Positions 9,423-19,629 are shown, counted from the first letter of the stretch. The stretch is DNA of 64,000 nucleotides from an uncultured Actinomycetota bacterium (GCA_963770565.1 CAVYQE010000007.1:32001-96000); one strand, 5' to 3'. Notes: generated by a model from the letters alone, not told the origin. Program-made: numbers and translations.

Positions 9423-10163
9423 TCAGCCATTCGGCAGCGGCCCCGGCAGACCGTATTCGAGGCCCCGGGCGAGGGTCGCGCCGAGCTCTTGGGCGACGTC
9501 GTGGGCGGTGGCCGAGTCCACTCCGAGCGCCATCGTCACCGCGCCGCAGTCCCGGGCCAGCGCCAGCAGCCGCTTGACGCCGCGATGCTCGCTGGCCGCG
9601 GAGCGGTCCGACAGCCGAAGGTCGACCTGGACCACATCCGGCCGTACGACGCGAGCCCGGGCCAGTGCGTCGTCGTCATCGGCAATATCGGCGAGCACCA
9701 CGCGCCAGCCGCGCTCGCGGATCTCGGCGATTCCGACGTCGAGGTTGACCCCATCGACGAACGCCTCGGCATGCACCTCGGCGGCGATCGAGAGCTCGCG
9801 GGCGGCCCGGCTCATCAGCCCGGCGAACCGCGGCGGGCACATCGAGGCGAAGGTTTCCGGCTCCGGCGTCAGGTGCAGCTCGACGCCGGGGTGCTTGAGC
9901 ATGTCCTCGACCGCGAGCGCCCGGAACGCCCAGTCGATCCGCTCGACGAATCCCAGCGATCGGGCGCCGTCGAGCAGGCTGAGCGTGTCCGCGAGCTCGG
10001 TGCCGGGCGCGCCGCGACCGGTGGCCTTGTAGCCCACGAGCGTGCCGTCTGCGAGTGAATGGATCGGCTGGTAGTCGGGTCCGAGCTGCCGCGGGTCGGC
10101 GAGCAGCGCCTGGATGAGCTCACGCGTACGTACCGTGCGCTCCAGCTCATCGCAAAGCTGCAT
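9423..10163 (-). CDS. Stand-alone degenerate EAL-domain protein
   Basis: YQPI..L..G...GY scaffold and overall EAL layout, but EAL is KAT, DDFG is ADIAD, KID is QVD and AEGVE is ALGVD. Confidence 0.75.
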   Translation of the reverse strand: MQLCDELERTVRTRELIQALLADPRQLGPDYQPIHSLADGTLVGYKATGRGAPGTELADTLSLLDGARSLGFVERIDWAFRALAVEDMLKHPGVELHLTPEPETFASMCPPRFAGLMSRAARELSIAAEVHAEAFVDGVNLDVGIAEIRERGWRVVLADIADDDDALARARVVRPDVVQVDLRLSDRSAASEHRGVKRLLALARDCGAVTMALGVDSATAHDVAQELGATLARGLEYGLPGPLPNG

Positions 10164-10246
10164 ATTTGTCCCTTCGGCAGCCCTCAGGTGCCTCATGAGA
10201 CGCCATCCGGTGATTGTCGCGGCAGATCGAGTGCCGACTGGGTGGT

Positions 10247-11026
10247 TCAGCGCTTGTCGATGAACAGGCTCTGCGCCCCGTGGCCGACCCGGCCGCTCGC
10301 GTCGTACAGGGTCGAGGTCGCAACCCCGAACCCGCTCGGATCGGCGGTGGTCGCCGCCTGCAGGCACAGCCACTCGCCGACCGGGTAGCGGCACAGGTGG
10401 ACGGTCAGATCCGGGTTGATGAACACCCAATCGGCGATCGGCAGGGCGCTGGAGATCCCGTTTCCGCAGTCGGCGAGCACCATCAGCCGCTGCAGCCCCG
10501 ACGGCTGCTCGCCGTCGACGAGCGGCACCCGCTGGCGCCCCCAGGTGGTCGCCGGCCCCAGCTCGGTCCAGGACCCTTCGCTGAACCGGAGCTGCATTGC
10601 CCGCAGGAAGCCACCCGGCCAGTCACCGGCGTACTCGGTGTCGTGGTCGGGCATTGGCGGCGCGCCGGTGGGCACCTCGACGTCGGCCGGCAGGTCCAGC
10701 CACGCGACCCGGACCCGCCAGGCTCGCGCCTTGACCGCCGCGCGTCCGCCGGCTGTCAGCTCGGCTTCGAGCAGCTCGACGCTGCGACCGGGCCGGGCCA
10801 GCCGGCTGTGCACCCTGACCTCGCCGACCGGCACCGGCCCGAGGATCTCGACCGCCATCCGTACGACGGTTGCCGGTCGATCGGCGGGCACCTGCTCGAT
10901 GGCACGAGCTAGCAGCGCCGAGGGCGGTCCGCCGTGCTGCATGGCCGGGTCCCACGGGCCGCCGGTGTGCTCGGTGGCGAGGAACGTGTCGTCGTCCGCG
11001 GCCGGGACGTAGAACGCATCGGTCAC
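10247..11026 (-). CDS. Acyl-CoA thioesterase family protein (double hot-dog)
   Basis: GPWDPAMQHGGPP, RPGRSVEL, ADCGNG, FINPDLTVHL; TAGGGT -10 box upstream of GTG. Confidence 0.85.
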   Translation of the reverse strand: MTDAFYVPAADDDTFLATEHTGGPWDPAMQHGGPPSALLARAIEQVPADRPATVVRMAVEILGPVPVGEVRVHSRLARPGRSVELLEAELTAGGRAAVKARAWRVRVAWLDLPADVEVPTGAPPMPDHDTEYAGDWPGGFLRAMQLRFSEGSWTELGPATTWGRQRVPLVDGEQPSGLQRLMVLADCGNGISSALPIADWVFINPDLTVHLCRYPVGEWLCLQAATTADPSGFGVATSTLYDASGRVGHGAQSLFIDKR

Positions 11027-11051
11027 GTCGCGGCACCCTACGCTTCGCGTC

Positions 11052-11807
11052 GTGACCGCGCTGCACGCCCTCGTGATCATTGCGGTCGGGTTGGTCGCGG
11101 GCACGGTCAACACGATCGTCGGCGCCGGGTCCCTGCTCACCTTCCCGACCCTGCTCGCACTCGGCTACGCACCGGTGCTGGCGAATGTGTCGAACACGGT
11201 CGGCGTGATCAGCGGGTCGGTCAGCGGCGCCATCGGCTACCGCCGCGAGCTGCACGGCCAAGCCCGGCGAATCCTGATGCTGATGCCGGCCGTGCTGGTC
11301 GGCACGGTCGCCGGCGCGGCACTGCTGCTGGCACTGCCGGGATCGGCGTTCCGCCACGTCGTACCCGCCCTGATCCTCTTCGCCGTCGCCCTCGTCCTGG
11401 TGCAGCCGAGCGTTGCCCGCCGCCGCGCGGCGCGGGGGGCCCGGCGCGAGCACCCGGGTGCCCTGTTGCAGACCGGGACCTTCCTGACCTCGATCTACGG
11501 CGGCTACTTCGGCGCTGCGCAGGGTGTCGTCCTGCTGGGGCTCTTCGGGATCACCCTCGACGACGACATGCAGCGGCTGAACGCGGCGAAGAACGTCGTC
11601 TCCGCCTCGATCAACACGGTCGCGGCGATCTTCTTCATCGCCCGGACCACGATCGCGTGGGAGGTCTCCGGGCTGCTGATCCTCGGCTCGGGCGTGGGCG
11701 GGCAAATCGGCGCGGTGGTAGGGCGCCGGCTGTCGCCCAATGTCCTGCGGTTCACGGTCGCGATCGTGGGTACGGCGGTTGCCATCGACCTGTTCGTCAC
11801 TGGCTGA
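11052..11807 (+). CDS. Sulfite exporter TauE/SafE family membrane protein
   Basis: NTIVGAGSLLTFP, YGGYFGAAQG, LNAAKN motifs. Confidence 0.9.
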   Translation: MTALHALVIIAVGLVAGTVNTIVGAGSLLTFPTLLALGYAPVLANVSNTVGVISGSVSGAIGYRRELHGQARRILMLMPAVLVGTVAGAALLLALPGSAFRHVVPALILFAVALVLVQPSVARRRAARGARREHPGALLQTGTFLTSIYGGYFGAAQGVVLLGLFGITLDDDMQRLNAAKNVVSASINTVAAIFFIARTTIAWEVSGLLILGSGVGGQIGAVVGRRLSPNVLRFTVAIVGTAVAIDLFVTG

Positions 11808-11808
11808 C

Positions 11809-11832
11809 AACTTCTCGGTCAGCTGCGGTGTC
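11809..11832 (+). promoter_or_regulatory. SigE-type (AAC-N19-TC) probable autoregulatory promoter
   Basis: AAC at 11809-11811, 19-nt spacer, TC at 11831-11832, ending 9 nt before the GTG of the SigE-family gene. Confidence 0.55.
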
Positions 11833-11841
11833 ATAGGCAGT

Positions 11842-12360
11842 GTGACGCGCCGAGGCAGTGACTTCGACGACTTTGTCGTCGGTGCTGCGGCGGGACTTCA
11901 CCGCATGGCGATCGCCCTCACCGGTGACCGCACTGCGGCTGAGGACCTGGTGCAGGACGTGCTCACGCGGATGTATGTCGCCTGGCCACGGATCGATGAC
12001 CCGGCCGCGTTCGCGCGCCGAGCCCTCATCAACGCCTCCACCAACCGGTGGCGCTTGAGAGGCCGACGTAAGGAGCAGCCGCTCTCGACCGCGCCCGATC
12101 CGTCGGTCAGTGATCGCAGCGATGCGCACGGCCGGCGGGACGAACTGGTCCGCGCGATCTCGTCCCTGCCGTCCAGGCAGCGGGCCGTGGTCGTCCTGCG
12201 GTTCCTGCAGGACCTGCCCGAAGCCGAGACGGCAGCGGTTCTTGGATGCTCCGTGGGCACTGTGAAGAGCCAGACCTCTCGAGCCTTGACCCGCCTGCGT
12301 GAGCTGCTCGCGGAGGCCGATGACCGTGAACCCCTACCAACAGTGACAAGGACTTCCTGA
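11842..12360 (+). CDS. SigE-family ECF sigma factor
   Basis: LTGDRTAAEDLVQ; LPSRQRAVVVLRF; CSVGTVKSQTSRAL. Confidence 0.9.
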   Translation: MTRRGSDFDDFVVGAAAGLHRMAIALTGDRTAAEDLVQDVLTRMYVAWPRIDDPAAFARRALINASTNRWRLRGRRKEQPLSTAPDPSVSDRSDAHGRRDELVRAISSLPSRQRAVVVLRFLQDLPEAETAAVLGCSVGTVKSQTSRALTRLRELLAEADDREPLPTVTRTS

Positions 12361-13445
12361 TGGTGATCGATGAGCAGACCCTGACCGAGTCGTTGCACAG
12401 CCTCGACGTCGTGACCGCCCCTGACCTGCTCGCCCGGGTACGCCGGGACGGCCGGCGGCGGCTGCTGCGGCGTCGCTCGCTGACGGCCGCGGGGGCGATC
12501 GCCGTCGGCTCCGCCGCGGTGCCGGTCACCCTCGCGCTGCGTGCGTCGGTCGGCCCCGGTGTCATCGGGCCGGCCCCAGGCCGGGGCGCGAAGGCCAGCC
12601 TGAGCGACCTCTACGCGCCGCCGCCGGCACCGGGGAGCCGCTGCACCGAGGGAAACTCCAGGGCTGCTGCGCCGACGGCGTACCCAGAACTGCTGCTGCT
12701 TCCGCCCGGGCAAGCGGTGACCTCTGCGGTCGTGCGGGCTGGAACCAGCCAGTGCCGTGCGCCGCACATTGCGCTGACCCTGCTTCGCACAGACTCGGAC
12801 GTCGTCACCGCCGGTGTCGTCGTGGCCGGTCCTAACGCGCCGAGCGCGGACGAGGACGGCTTCGGTCCCGGATCCGACCCGGTCGGAGGCACCGGCAGTC
12901 TGCCCATCCTCGGAGTGGGCGGCACCGAGTTCACTGCCGACGGTCGCACTGACGCGTTCTGGACGGAGCCGGATGGCGGCCAGTGGCACGCGCAGGTCCG
13001 AGGGCTGTCGCAGCAGGACGCGGTCGCTCTGCTCGATCAGTTGACGCTGGACTCACACGCTGGGTCCGCGACGATTCCCCCGGACGCCGCGCGCGGCTGG
13101 ACGATCGCTCCCGCGGCGGTCGATGAACGCGCCGGCGCCGAGGGCACGGTCATGTCCGAGTGGGTGGACGGGAGCGGGCACACGGTGGAGCTGAACGTGA
13201 CCGCGGAGCCGAGCCGGGTCGACCAGGAGGCCGCAAGCGCACAGCTGGACGCGACTTTGGTGACGGTCTTGGGGCAGCCGGGCGTGCTGGTTGCCGACGC
13301 GCGGACCGCCACGTTGATCTGGGCGCCGGCGCACGACGTGGAAGCCGACATCACGGTGAACGACGGCACTGCCACAGAGGTCGAGCAACTCGCGGCGTCG
13401 CTGGCCCTTGCCGCCCCGAGCGACCCCCGGTTCGCCACCGGCTGA
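12360..13445 (+). CDS. Single-pass membrane protein, putative anti-sigma partner
   Basis: Start overlaps the ECF stop; short cytoplasmic N-terminus, basic patch, TM helix, large extracytoplasmic domain. Confidence 0.6.
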   Translation: MVIDEQTLTESLHSLDVVTAPDLLARVRRDGRRRLLRRRSLTAAGAIAVGSAAVPVTLALRASVGPGVIGPAPGRGAKASLSDLYAPPPAPGSRCTEGNSRAAAPTAYPELLLLPPGQAVTSAVVRAGTSQCRAPHIALTLLRTDSDVVTAGVVVAGPNAPSADEDGFGPGSDPVGGTGSLPILGVGGTEFTADGRTDAFWTEPDGGQWHAQVRGLSQQDAVALLDQLTLDSHAGSATIPPDAARGWTIAPAAVDERAGAEGTVMSEWVDGSGHTVELNVTAEPSRVDQEAASAQLDATLVTVLGQPGVLVADARTATLIWAPAHDVEADITVNDGTATEVEQLAASLALAAPSDPRFATG

Positions 13446-13450
13446 GCCCA

Positions 13451-13503
13451 CACCGATGGCCCATGCGTGGGGCTAGGGCCCCACCGATGGGCCATGCGTG
13501 GGG
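13451..13503. repeat. Tandem 22-bp direct repeat between convergent genes
   Basis: CACCGATGGCCCATGCGTGGGG (13451-13472) and CACCGATGGGCCATGCGTGGGG (13482-13503), 21/22 identical. Confidence 0.7.
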
Positions 13504-14712
13504 TTACTCGAGGTAGTCGCGGAGCTTCTGTGAGCGGCTGGGGTGGCGCAGCTTCGACAGCGTCTTCGCCTCGATCTGGCGGATCCGCTCACGGGTGAGG
13601 CCGAACTCGCGGCCGATCTCGTCGAGGGTGCGCGGCTGGCCGTCGGTCAACCCGAACCGCAGCGCGACCACGGCCGCCTCGCGCTCCGGCAGCGTCTTGA
13701 GCACGCTGTCGAGCTCGCGCTGCAGCAGCCCGAACGACACGACCTCCGCCGCGATCGGCGCGTCGGCGTCCTCGATGAAGTCGCCGAGCTGGCTGTCGCC
13801 CTCGTCGCCGACGTTCTGCTCGAGCGAGACCGGCTCCCGGGCGTAGCCCTGGATCTCGACCACCTTGTCAGGAGTCATGTCGAGCTCCTTGGCGAGCTCG
13901 TCCGCAGTCGGCTCCCGGCCGAGGTCCTGCAGCATCTGGCGCTGCACCCGGGTCAGCTTGTTGATCTGCTCGACCATGTGGACCGGGATCCGGATCGTGC
14001 GGGCCTGGTCGGCCATCGCCCGAGTGATCGCCTGTCGGATCCACCAAGTCGCGTACGTCGAAAACTTGTAGCCCTTGGTGTAGTCGAACTTCTCGACCGC
14101 CCGGATCAGGCCGAGGTTGCCCTCCTGGATCAGGTCGAGGAAGGCCATGCCGCGCCCGGTGTAACGCTTCGCCACCGAGACGACCAGCCGCAGGTTGGCC
14201 TCGAGCAGGTGGTCCTTCGCCCGCTGGCCGTCGGCGGTGAGCCAGATGTAGTCCTTCTGGACCTGCTTGGTCATCTTCAGGTCGCCGCAGTCGAACAGCC
14301 GCAGCCGCTCGGCGGCGAACAGGCCGGCCTCGATCCGCTTTGCGAGCTCGACCTCCTGCTCGGCGTTGAGCAGCGCGACCCGGCCGATCTCCTTGAGGTA
14401 GGCGCGAACCAGGTCGGTCGAGGGACCGGAGTTGTCTTCCTCGGCGATGACCTCGACGTCGTCTTCCTCGTCCTCGACCAGCTCGCTCGCCGGCGGCTCG
14501 GCCTCGGGGTCGATGTCGGCAGCGGCCAGCAGCGGCGGGGGTGCGGCGTCGCCGGGCTCGCCGGCCGGCGCAGCCTGAGTCGCAGCGGCTTCTTCGGTGT
14601 CGGAGTCAGCGACCACCGCGATAGCGGACTTGCGGCGGCGGCGAGGTGTGGCGGCTTTGGCCGGTGCAGACTCCTTGGACGGGCCTGCGGTGGCCTGACG
14701 TGCGCTGCTCAC
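13504..14712 (-). CDS. sigA: Principal RNA polymerase sigma factor (SigA/HrdB/RpoD)
   Basis: [29 protein letters not shown] and C-terminal [16 protein letters not shown]; disordered basic/acidic N-terminus; TAGTCT -10 box and GGGAGAGG SD upstream. Confidence 0.9.
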   Translation of the reverse strand: MSSARQATAGPSKESAPAKAATPRRRRKSAIAVVADSDTEEAAATQAAPAGEPGDAAPPPLLAAADIDPEAEPPASELVEDEEDDVEVIAEEDNSGPSTDLVRAYLKEIGRVALLNAEQEVELAKRIEAGLFAAERLRLFDCGDLKMTKQVQKDYIWLTADGQRAKDHLLEANLRLVVSVAKRYTGRGMAFLDLIQEGNLGLIRAVEKFDYTKGYKFSTYATWWIRQAITRAMADQARTIRIPVHMVEQINKLTRVQRQMLQDLGREPTADELAKELDMTPDKVVEIQGYAREPVSLEQNVGDEGDSQLGDFIEDADAPIAAEVVSFGLLQRELDSVLKTLPEREAAVVALRFGLTDGQPRTLDEIGREFGLTRERIRQIEAKTLSKLRHPSRSQKLRDYLE

Positions 14713-14857
14713 TAAGGGCCTCTCCCGGGCTAAGGACTTCGTCGCCAGACTAGCGCGGGTTTTGGGCTGCCCGGGGCGCCAACCGGAAGCAAGCCGGTGA
14801 CCCGGACGGACCTCAAGATCGTCGATCCGCGGCCGGCCCGGCCGGTCCCGATCCGGC

Positions 14858-15919
14858 TCAGCGGACGGTCGTGGTGGCGGTCGCGTTCGGTACGCCGGCG
14901 ATCGCGAAGGTCACCGTGATCGGGTAGCCGGTGCGAAACCCGCGACGGTCAGGGGCGTACGAGACCCTCGGGAGATCGAGGGTCAGGGTGCCGTGCGCGG
15001 GCACCACCAGGCGGCTGCTGAGGAACGGCAAGGGCGCGGCGATCTCCTCCGATGTCCCGTCTCCCAAGGCGTCCACCACGCCGATGATGTACGTCGGGAT
15101 CGGGTTCAGCGACACCGCTTCCGCGGAGCCGTTGGTCACGGTGACACGCAGCCGCGTCAGCGCCGAGTGGTAGCTGTTCGGCCGGATGGTGAGCTGGGCG
15201 GTCAGGGCCCGCCAGGCCGGCGGCGCACCCTGGACCGGCTCGCCGATGCCGCCGGCCGTACCTCGGATCAGCGCCGAGTCAGAGTTGCCGTTGACGCACC
15301 GCGGTTGCGGCCCGCTCAGCGGTACATCGAAGGTCTCCCGGCCGAAGCTCAACCGCACCGCCTGAGCTCGTTCGCCGCACCACGAACCGGTCCAGCTGAA
15401 GCCGAACGAGATCTGCCCGACCGCGAGCGCCGGCTCCGCGAAGTCGGTCGCCGGATTGGTGCGATCGGAGTTCGGGATGAGCGGGATGCCGGACATGGGT
15501 CGGCCGCCGCTGACCAGGGCGATCGGTGCCATCCGGATCGGGAAGTGGCAGTTGTGCGCAGTTGCCGTGACGACTCCGACCACTCCACCGATCGTGGGTC
15601 GGAGCTGCGCAGTGCTTCGGATCGCGCGCAGCCGGCACGGCGGCAATGGGGGCGGCGGGAACGACTCGGGTGGCACCGGCGGTGGCGCGACGTTGAACGC
15701 CTGGCTCGTCGTCACCGAGCCGGGGCTGATCGGAACGGGCGACAGCGCATGCTGATTCGGCGCCTTGTGCCCCTCGGTCGCGAGCGCGAGGGTGACCACG
15801 AGCGCGACAACGGCCAGGACGATGCCGATTGCCGTCGCTTGACGTCGTGCCGAGCGCGGTCGCTGGGGCTCGGGCGGCTCGCCGAGTTCGAGCATCTCGA
15901 ACTCGTCGCCGACCGTCAC
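14858..15919 (-). CDS. Hypothetical membrane-anchored extracytoplasmic protein
   Basis: N-terminal TM helix, Pro-rich linker, Cys-containing beta-rich domains. Confidence 0.6.
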   Translation of the reverse strand: MTVGDEFEMLELGEPPEPQRPRSARRQATAIGIVLAVVALVVTLALATEGHKAPNQHALSPVPISPGSVTTSQAFNVAPPPVPPESFPPPPLPPCRLRAIRSTAQLRPTIGGVVGVVTATAHNCHFPIRMAPIALVSGGRPMSGIPLIPNSDRTNPATDFAEPALAVGQISFGFSWTGSWCGERAQAVRLSFGRETFDVPLSGPQPRCVNGNSDSALIRGTAGGIGEPVQGAPPAWRALTAQLTIRPNSYHSALTRLRVTVTNGSAEAVSLNPIPTYIIGVVDALGDGTSEEIAAPLPFLSSRLVVPAHGTLTLDLPRVSYAPDRRGFRTGYPITVTFAIAGVPNATATTTVR

Positions 15920-15953
15920 AGGTAGAGCGTTGCGCGCCTCGCGGCTCCCGTCG

Positions 15954-16101
15954 AGCCACCAGCCCCGGTAGTCCCTACGCCCGTTTCAGCACCCAACGCC
16001 TCGACCAAATCGGGCATTCGGGTCGCGAGGGGGGCGTTACGCCGGCCGTCAACAGGCGTTGTGTGTTGAAACGGGCGGGCGCGCCGGGGCGCGTGGTGGC
16101 T
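15954..16101. terminator. Long nested inverted repeat downstream of gabD
   Basis: 24-bp arms 15978-16001/16054-16077 (22/24) plus outer stems AGCCACCA/TGGTGGCT and GCCCCGG/CCGGGGC. Confidence 0.55.
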
Positions 16102-17572
16102 ACAGGTCGACCGCGACGTACTTGGTGGTGACGTACTCGTCGATGCCCTCGAGTCCGCCCTCGCGCCCGAAGCCGGACTCCTTGATCCCGCCGAACGGTG
16201 CCGCGGCGTTGCTGACCAGTCCGCGGTTGAGGCCGAGCATGCCGACCTCGAGTGCCTCGCTGACCCGGAACGCGCGTTTGATGTCGCGGGTGAACAGGTA
16301 GGCGACCAGGCCGAACTCGGTCGCGTTGGCCGCCTCGATCACCTCGGCTTCGGTCGAGAAGGTCGCCACCGGTGCGACCGGACCGAAGATCTCCTCGCGG
16401 AGCAGGTCTGCATCGTGAGTGATGCCCGACAGCACGGTCGGTGCGTAGAAGTAGCCGCGGTCGCCGACCCGCTCGCCGCCGGTCATGACCTTTGCGCCCT
16501 TGCCGACCGCGTCATCGACGAGCTCGGCAACCTTGTCGCGCTGCGTCCCGTCGATCAGTGGCCCGACCTGCACGCCGTCCTCGGTGCCGCGGCCGACCGA
16601 CATCGCGCCCAACCGCTCCGAGAGCCGGGCCGCGAACTCGGTCGCGACCGACTCGTGGACCAGGAACCGGTTGGCCGCGACGCATGACTCGCCGCCGTTG
16701 CGCATCTTGGCGATCAGGGCCTGGTCGACGGCTTCGTCGAGGTTGGCGTCGTCAAACACGATGTACGGCGCATTGCCGCCGAGCTCCATCGAGCACTTGA
16801 TCAGCCGCTTCGAGGCCTGCTCCATCAGCTTCTTGCCGATCGGGGTGGAGCCGGTGAACGACATCTTGCGCAGCCGCGGGTCGTCGAACAGCGGTCCGGT
16901 CACCTTGCTGGCACTGCTGGACGTGATCACGTTGAGTACGCCGGCCGGAAGGCCGGCCTCGGTCATCAGCTCAGCAAGCGCGAGCATCGACAGCGGGGTC
17001 TGCTGGGCCGGCTTCACGACCATCGTGCAGCCGGCCGCAACAGCCGGCCCGATCTTGCGGGTGCCCATCGCGGTCGGGAAGTTCCACGGCGTGATCAGCA
17101 GGCACGGCCCGATCGGCGCCTTCATCGTAAGCAGCCGGCCGGACCCGTTCGGGTTCACCGCGTAGCGCCCGTCGATCCGCACCGCCTGCTCGGAGAACCA
17201 GCGGAGGAACTCCGCGGCGTACACGATCTCGCCCTTCGACTCGGCGAGCGGCTTGCCCATCTCGAGCGTCATGAGCAGAGCGAGGTCGTCGGCCCGGGAG
17301 TTCATCAGCTCGAAGGTCCGGCGCAGGATCTCGCCGCGGTCGCGAGGCGGGGTGGCGCCCCACGCGGCCTGGGCCGCACACGCCGCGTCCAGCGCGGCGG
17401 CAGCGTCCTCGGGTGTGCCGTCGGCGACCGCGCAGAGCGCCTCCTCCGTGCTTGGGTCCTCGATGTCGAGCGTCATGCCGCTCGAGCTGTCGCGCCACTC
17501 ACCCCCGATGAACAGTTGGTGCGGCGCGGCGTCGAGGACGCGCTTTTCGTCAGCTGCAGTCACGGTCGTCAT
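16100..17572 (-). CDS. gabD: NAD(P)-dependent succinate-semialdehyde dehydrogenase
   Basis: ITPWNFP, SFTGST, MELGGNAP, NGGESCVAANR, EEIFGP, FGGIKESG. Confidence 0.9.
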   Translation of the reverse strand: MTTVTAADEKRVLDAAPHQLFIGGEWRDSSSGMTLDIEDPSTEEALCAVADGTPEDAAAALDAACAAQAAWGATPPRDRGEILRRTFELMNSRADDLALLMTLEMGKPLAESKGEIVYAAEFLRWFSEQAVRIDGRYAVNPNGSGRLLTMKAPIGPCLLITPWNFPTAMGTRKIGPAVAAGCTMVVKPAQQTPLSMLALAELMTEAGLPAGVLNVITSSSASKVTGPLFDDPRLRKMSFTGSTPIGKKLMEQASKRLIKCSMELGGNAPYIVFDDANLDEAVDQALIAKMRNGGESCVAANRFLVHESVATEFAARLSERLGAMSVGRGTEDGVQVGPLIDGTQRDKVAELVDDAVGKGAKVMTGGERVGDRGYFYAPTVLSGITHDADLLREEIFGPVAPVATFSTEAEVIEAANATEFGLVAYLFTRDIKRAFRVSEALEVGMLGLNRGLVSNAAAPFGGIKESGFGREGGLEGIDEYVTTKYVAVDL

Positions 17573-18242
17573 CCCTCTGTCGTACACCACGCGGGCCGCC
17601 CGCCACGATCACGATGTCCGGCTCGCCCCTGGCCACCATGATCGCGTGTGTCTGCACCGAGGCGAAATGCCGGTCCAGGACTGCCTGGTACGCCGGTGCC
17701 GGTGCCGAGCTCCAGATCGCCAGCACCCCGCCGTCCTGCAGGCGGGACTCGATCAGGTCGGTGCCCGCATCGTCGTACAGCGTGGCGTTGCCGGCCGTGA
17801 CCGTCCAGCCGGGGCCGTTGTCGACGTCGAGGCAGATCACGTCGTACCGGGTCGACGTGGATCGAAGGTGCGCGACGACGTCGACGACGACGAGCCGCAC
17901 CCGGTCGTCCGTGAGGGCGGCACCCGAGTAGTCGGCCAGGTGGCGGCCGTGCCACTCGATGAGGGCGGGCTCGATCTCGACCACCTCGACCTGACGCACG
18001 CGGGCGTCGGAGAGCGCCTCGACGAGCGAGAAGCCGACCCCCAATCCGGCGATCAGCACCACCTGCGGGTCCGGGTGCCGGGCGAGTGCCGCGCTGGCGA
18101 GCAGCCGCTCGGAGCGCCCGTCGCGAGTGTCCATCAGGAACGTGCCGTTGCTGATCACCTCGTAGTGCGCGCCGTCGCGGCGGAGCACCAGCTCGCCGCG
18201 CGGGGTCGCCGCTCGTTCGACGACCAGCGGCCGATCGGTCAC
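17550..18242 (-). CDS. Spermidine synthase-like SAM-binding protein
   Basis: VLIAGLGVGFS, VVEIEP, LDVDNGP, GGVLAIWS. Confidence 0.8.
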   Translation of the reverse strand: MTDRPLVVERAATPRGELVLRRDGAHYEVISNGTFLMDTRDGRSERLLASAALARHPDPQVVLIAGLGVGFSLVEALSDARVRQVEVVEIEPALIEWHGRHLADYSGAALTDDRVRLVVVDVVAHLRSTSTRYDVICLDVDNGPGWTVTAGNATLYDDAGTDLIESRLQDGGVLAIWSSAPAPAYQAVLDRHFASVQTHAIMVARGEPDIVIVAGGPRGVRQRDDDRDCS

Positions 18243-18703
18243 TCGGGGGCGACGATGCTCGCCAACTGTGACGAGATCAGGTTGCGGTCCTCGTCGTCGT
18301 CGACCTTCTCGAGCAGGGCTCGGGCCAGGTCCGCCTCGTAGGTGTAGTTGGCCTTGTCACCTGCGGCCGCGTGTGCCCGGGCGAGCCCCTCGTGCGCCGA
18401 GGCCTTCAGCCAGGTCGGCAGGTCGGCCGACTCGGCCCGGTCGACCGCCGCGCGGGCAAAGGTGAGTGCGACATCCGGAAGGCCGGCCAGGCTGGCGGTA
18501 TGGGCGACCTGCCAGTCGGCCACCGCGAGGTTCTCCTCGGTGCCGCCCGCCTCTATCCAGTGCTGGCGGGAGGCGAGCGCCAGGGTCACCATGTCGCGGT
18601 TCTCGGCGATGCTCCGGACGGGCGTGTCGATCAGGTCCCAGGCCGCGTTGAAGTACTGGATCGCCTGGCCGCGATGGCTCGGCTGCCAATCGTCTTCAGT
18701 CAT
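18239..18703 (-). CDS. Conserved hypothetical helical protein
   Basis: C-terminal part of ORF 18239..20368 (FNAAWDLID...ASRQHW...DWQVA...HEGLARA); ATGA-coupled to the upstream gene. Confidence 0.7.
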   Translation of the reverse strand: MTEDDWQPSHRGQAIQYFNAAWDLIDTPVRSIAENRDMVTLALASRQHWIEAGGTEENLAVADWQVAHTASLAGLPDVALTFARAAVDRAESADLPTWLKASAHEGLARAHAAAGDKANYTYEADLARALLEKVDDDEDRNLISSQLASIVAPE

Positions 18704-19629
18704 CGCCATGCCCTCGCCTTCGCGCCCCGGACCGTCGGTCCGGCGGTTGACGCCCACACCCGTCGCCAGTTCGCCACTTCGGGACCGGACGACGACGGCG
18801 TGGCGTCGCTCGCGGCCCGGCGGGCCGCGGCGTACCAGTCGGTGGTGTCCTCGTCGAGCAGGGCCGCGAGTGCGTCCGATACCCGGCCGTTGAGGGCCAA
18901 GGTGTTCTCGTCCGGCAGTGGGCGGACCGGCCGGCCGTAGCGCACGTGCACCGGCGGCCGGCCCGGCTTCGGCCAGTTGCGCCCGCGCGGCATCGCGGCG
19001 TACGAGCCGGCGATCGCCACCGGCACGATCGGGATGCCGTGGGTGCGCGCCAGTGCCGCCGCACCCGGGCGGAACCGCCGGGTCCAGCCGTCCGGCGACC
19101 GGGTGCCCTCGGGAAACATCACGATGGACCAGCCCTGCTCGATCAACGTTGCGGGCGTGTCGGAAAGCCCGGTGCCGTGCCGCTCGATCGGGAACGTCGC
19201 GAACAGCAGTGCCGAGCCGATCGCCCGCCACCAGGCGTCGAAGAAGTAGTCGGCGGCCGCGCCGACGGTGATCTTCCGCTGCCACTTCACCGGAAGCGTC
19301 GTGAGCAATAGCGCGGTGTCGAGATGCGAGGTGTGGTTGGCGACCAGGATGACCGGGCCTTCGAGGTCGTCGAAGATGTCGAGGCCGTCGACCTCGACGG
19401 TCGTCTCGCGCCGGACCAGTGGCGAGAGCCCGCCGCGCAACGCGACCTCCCGAACCATTCGCGCCGGTCGCGAGCGAGCCCATTCGGTCGGGAACTCGCG
19501 GGGCTCCGGGAAGGTGTGATGCGGCTCGGCCGACCGCGGTGGCAGCGACCGGCGGGTCCAGCGCCAGCCGCGCGACATCACGGCCAGGTCGGCGACGAGA
19601 CCCGGCCGGCGTTGGTTCACGCGACTCAT
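18700..19629 (-). CDS. Lysophospholipid/1-acylglycerol-3-phosphate acyltransferase (PlsC family)
   Basis: ANHTSHLD (HX4D) and FPEGTRS motifs. Confidence 0.9.
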   Translation of the reverse strand: MSRVNQRRPGLVADLAVMSRGWRWTRRSLPPRSAEPHHTFPEPREFPTEWARSRPARMVREVALRGGLSPLVRRETTVEVDGLDIFDDLEGPVILVANHTSHLDTALLLTTLPVKWQRKITVGAAADYFFDAWWRAIGSALLFATFPIERHGTGLSDTPATLIEQGWSIVMFPEGTRSPDGWTRRFRPGAAALARTHGIPIVPVAIAGSYAAMPRGRNWPKPGRPPVHVRYGRPVRPLPDENTLALNGRVSDALAALLDEDTTDWYAAARRAASDATPSSSGPEVANWRRVWASTAGPTVRGAKARAWR

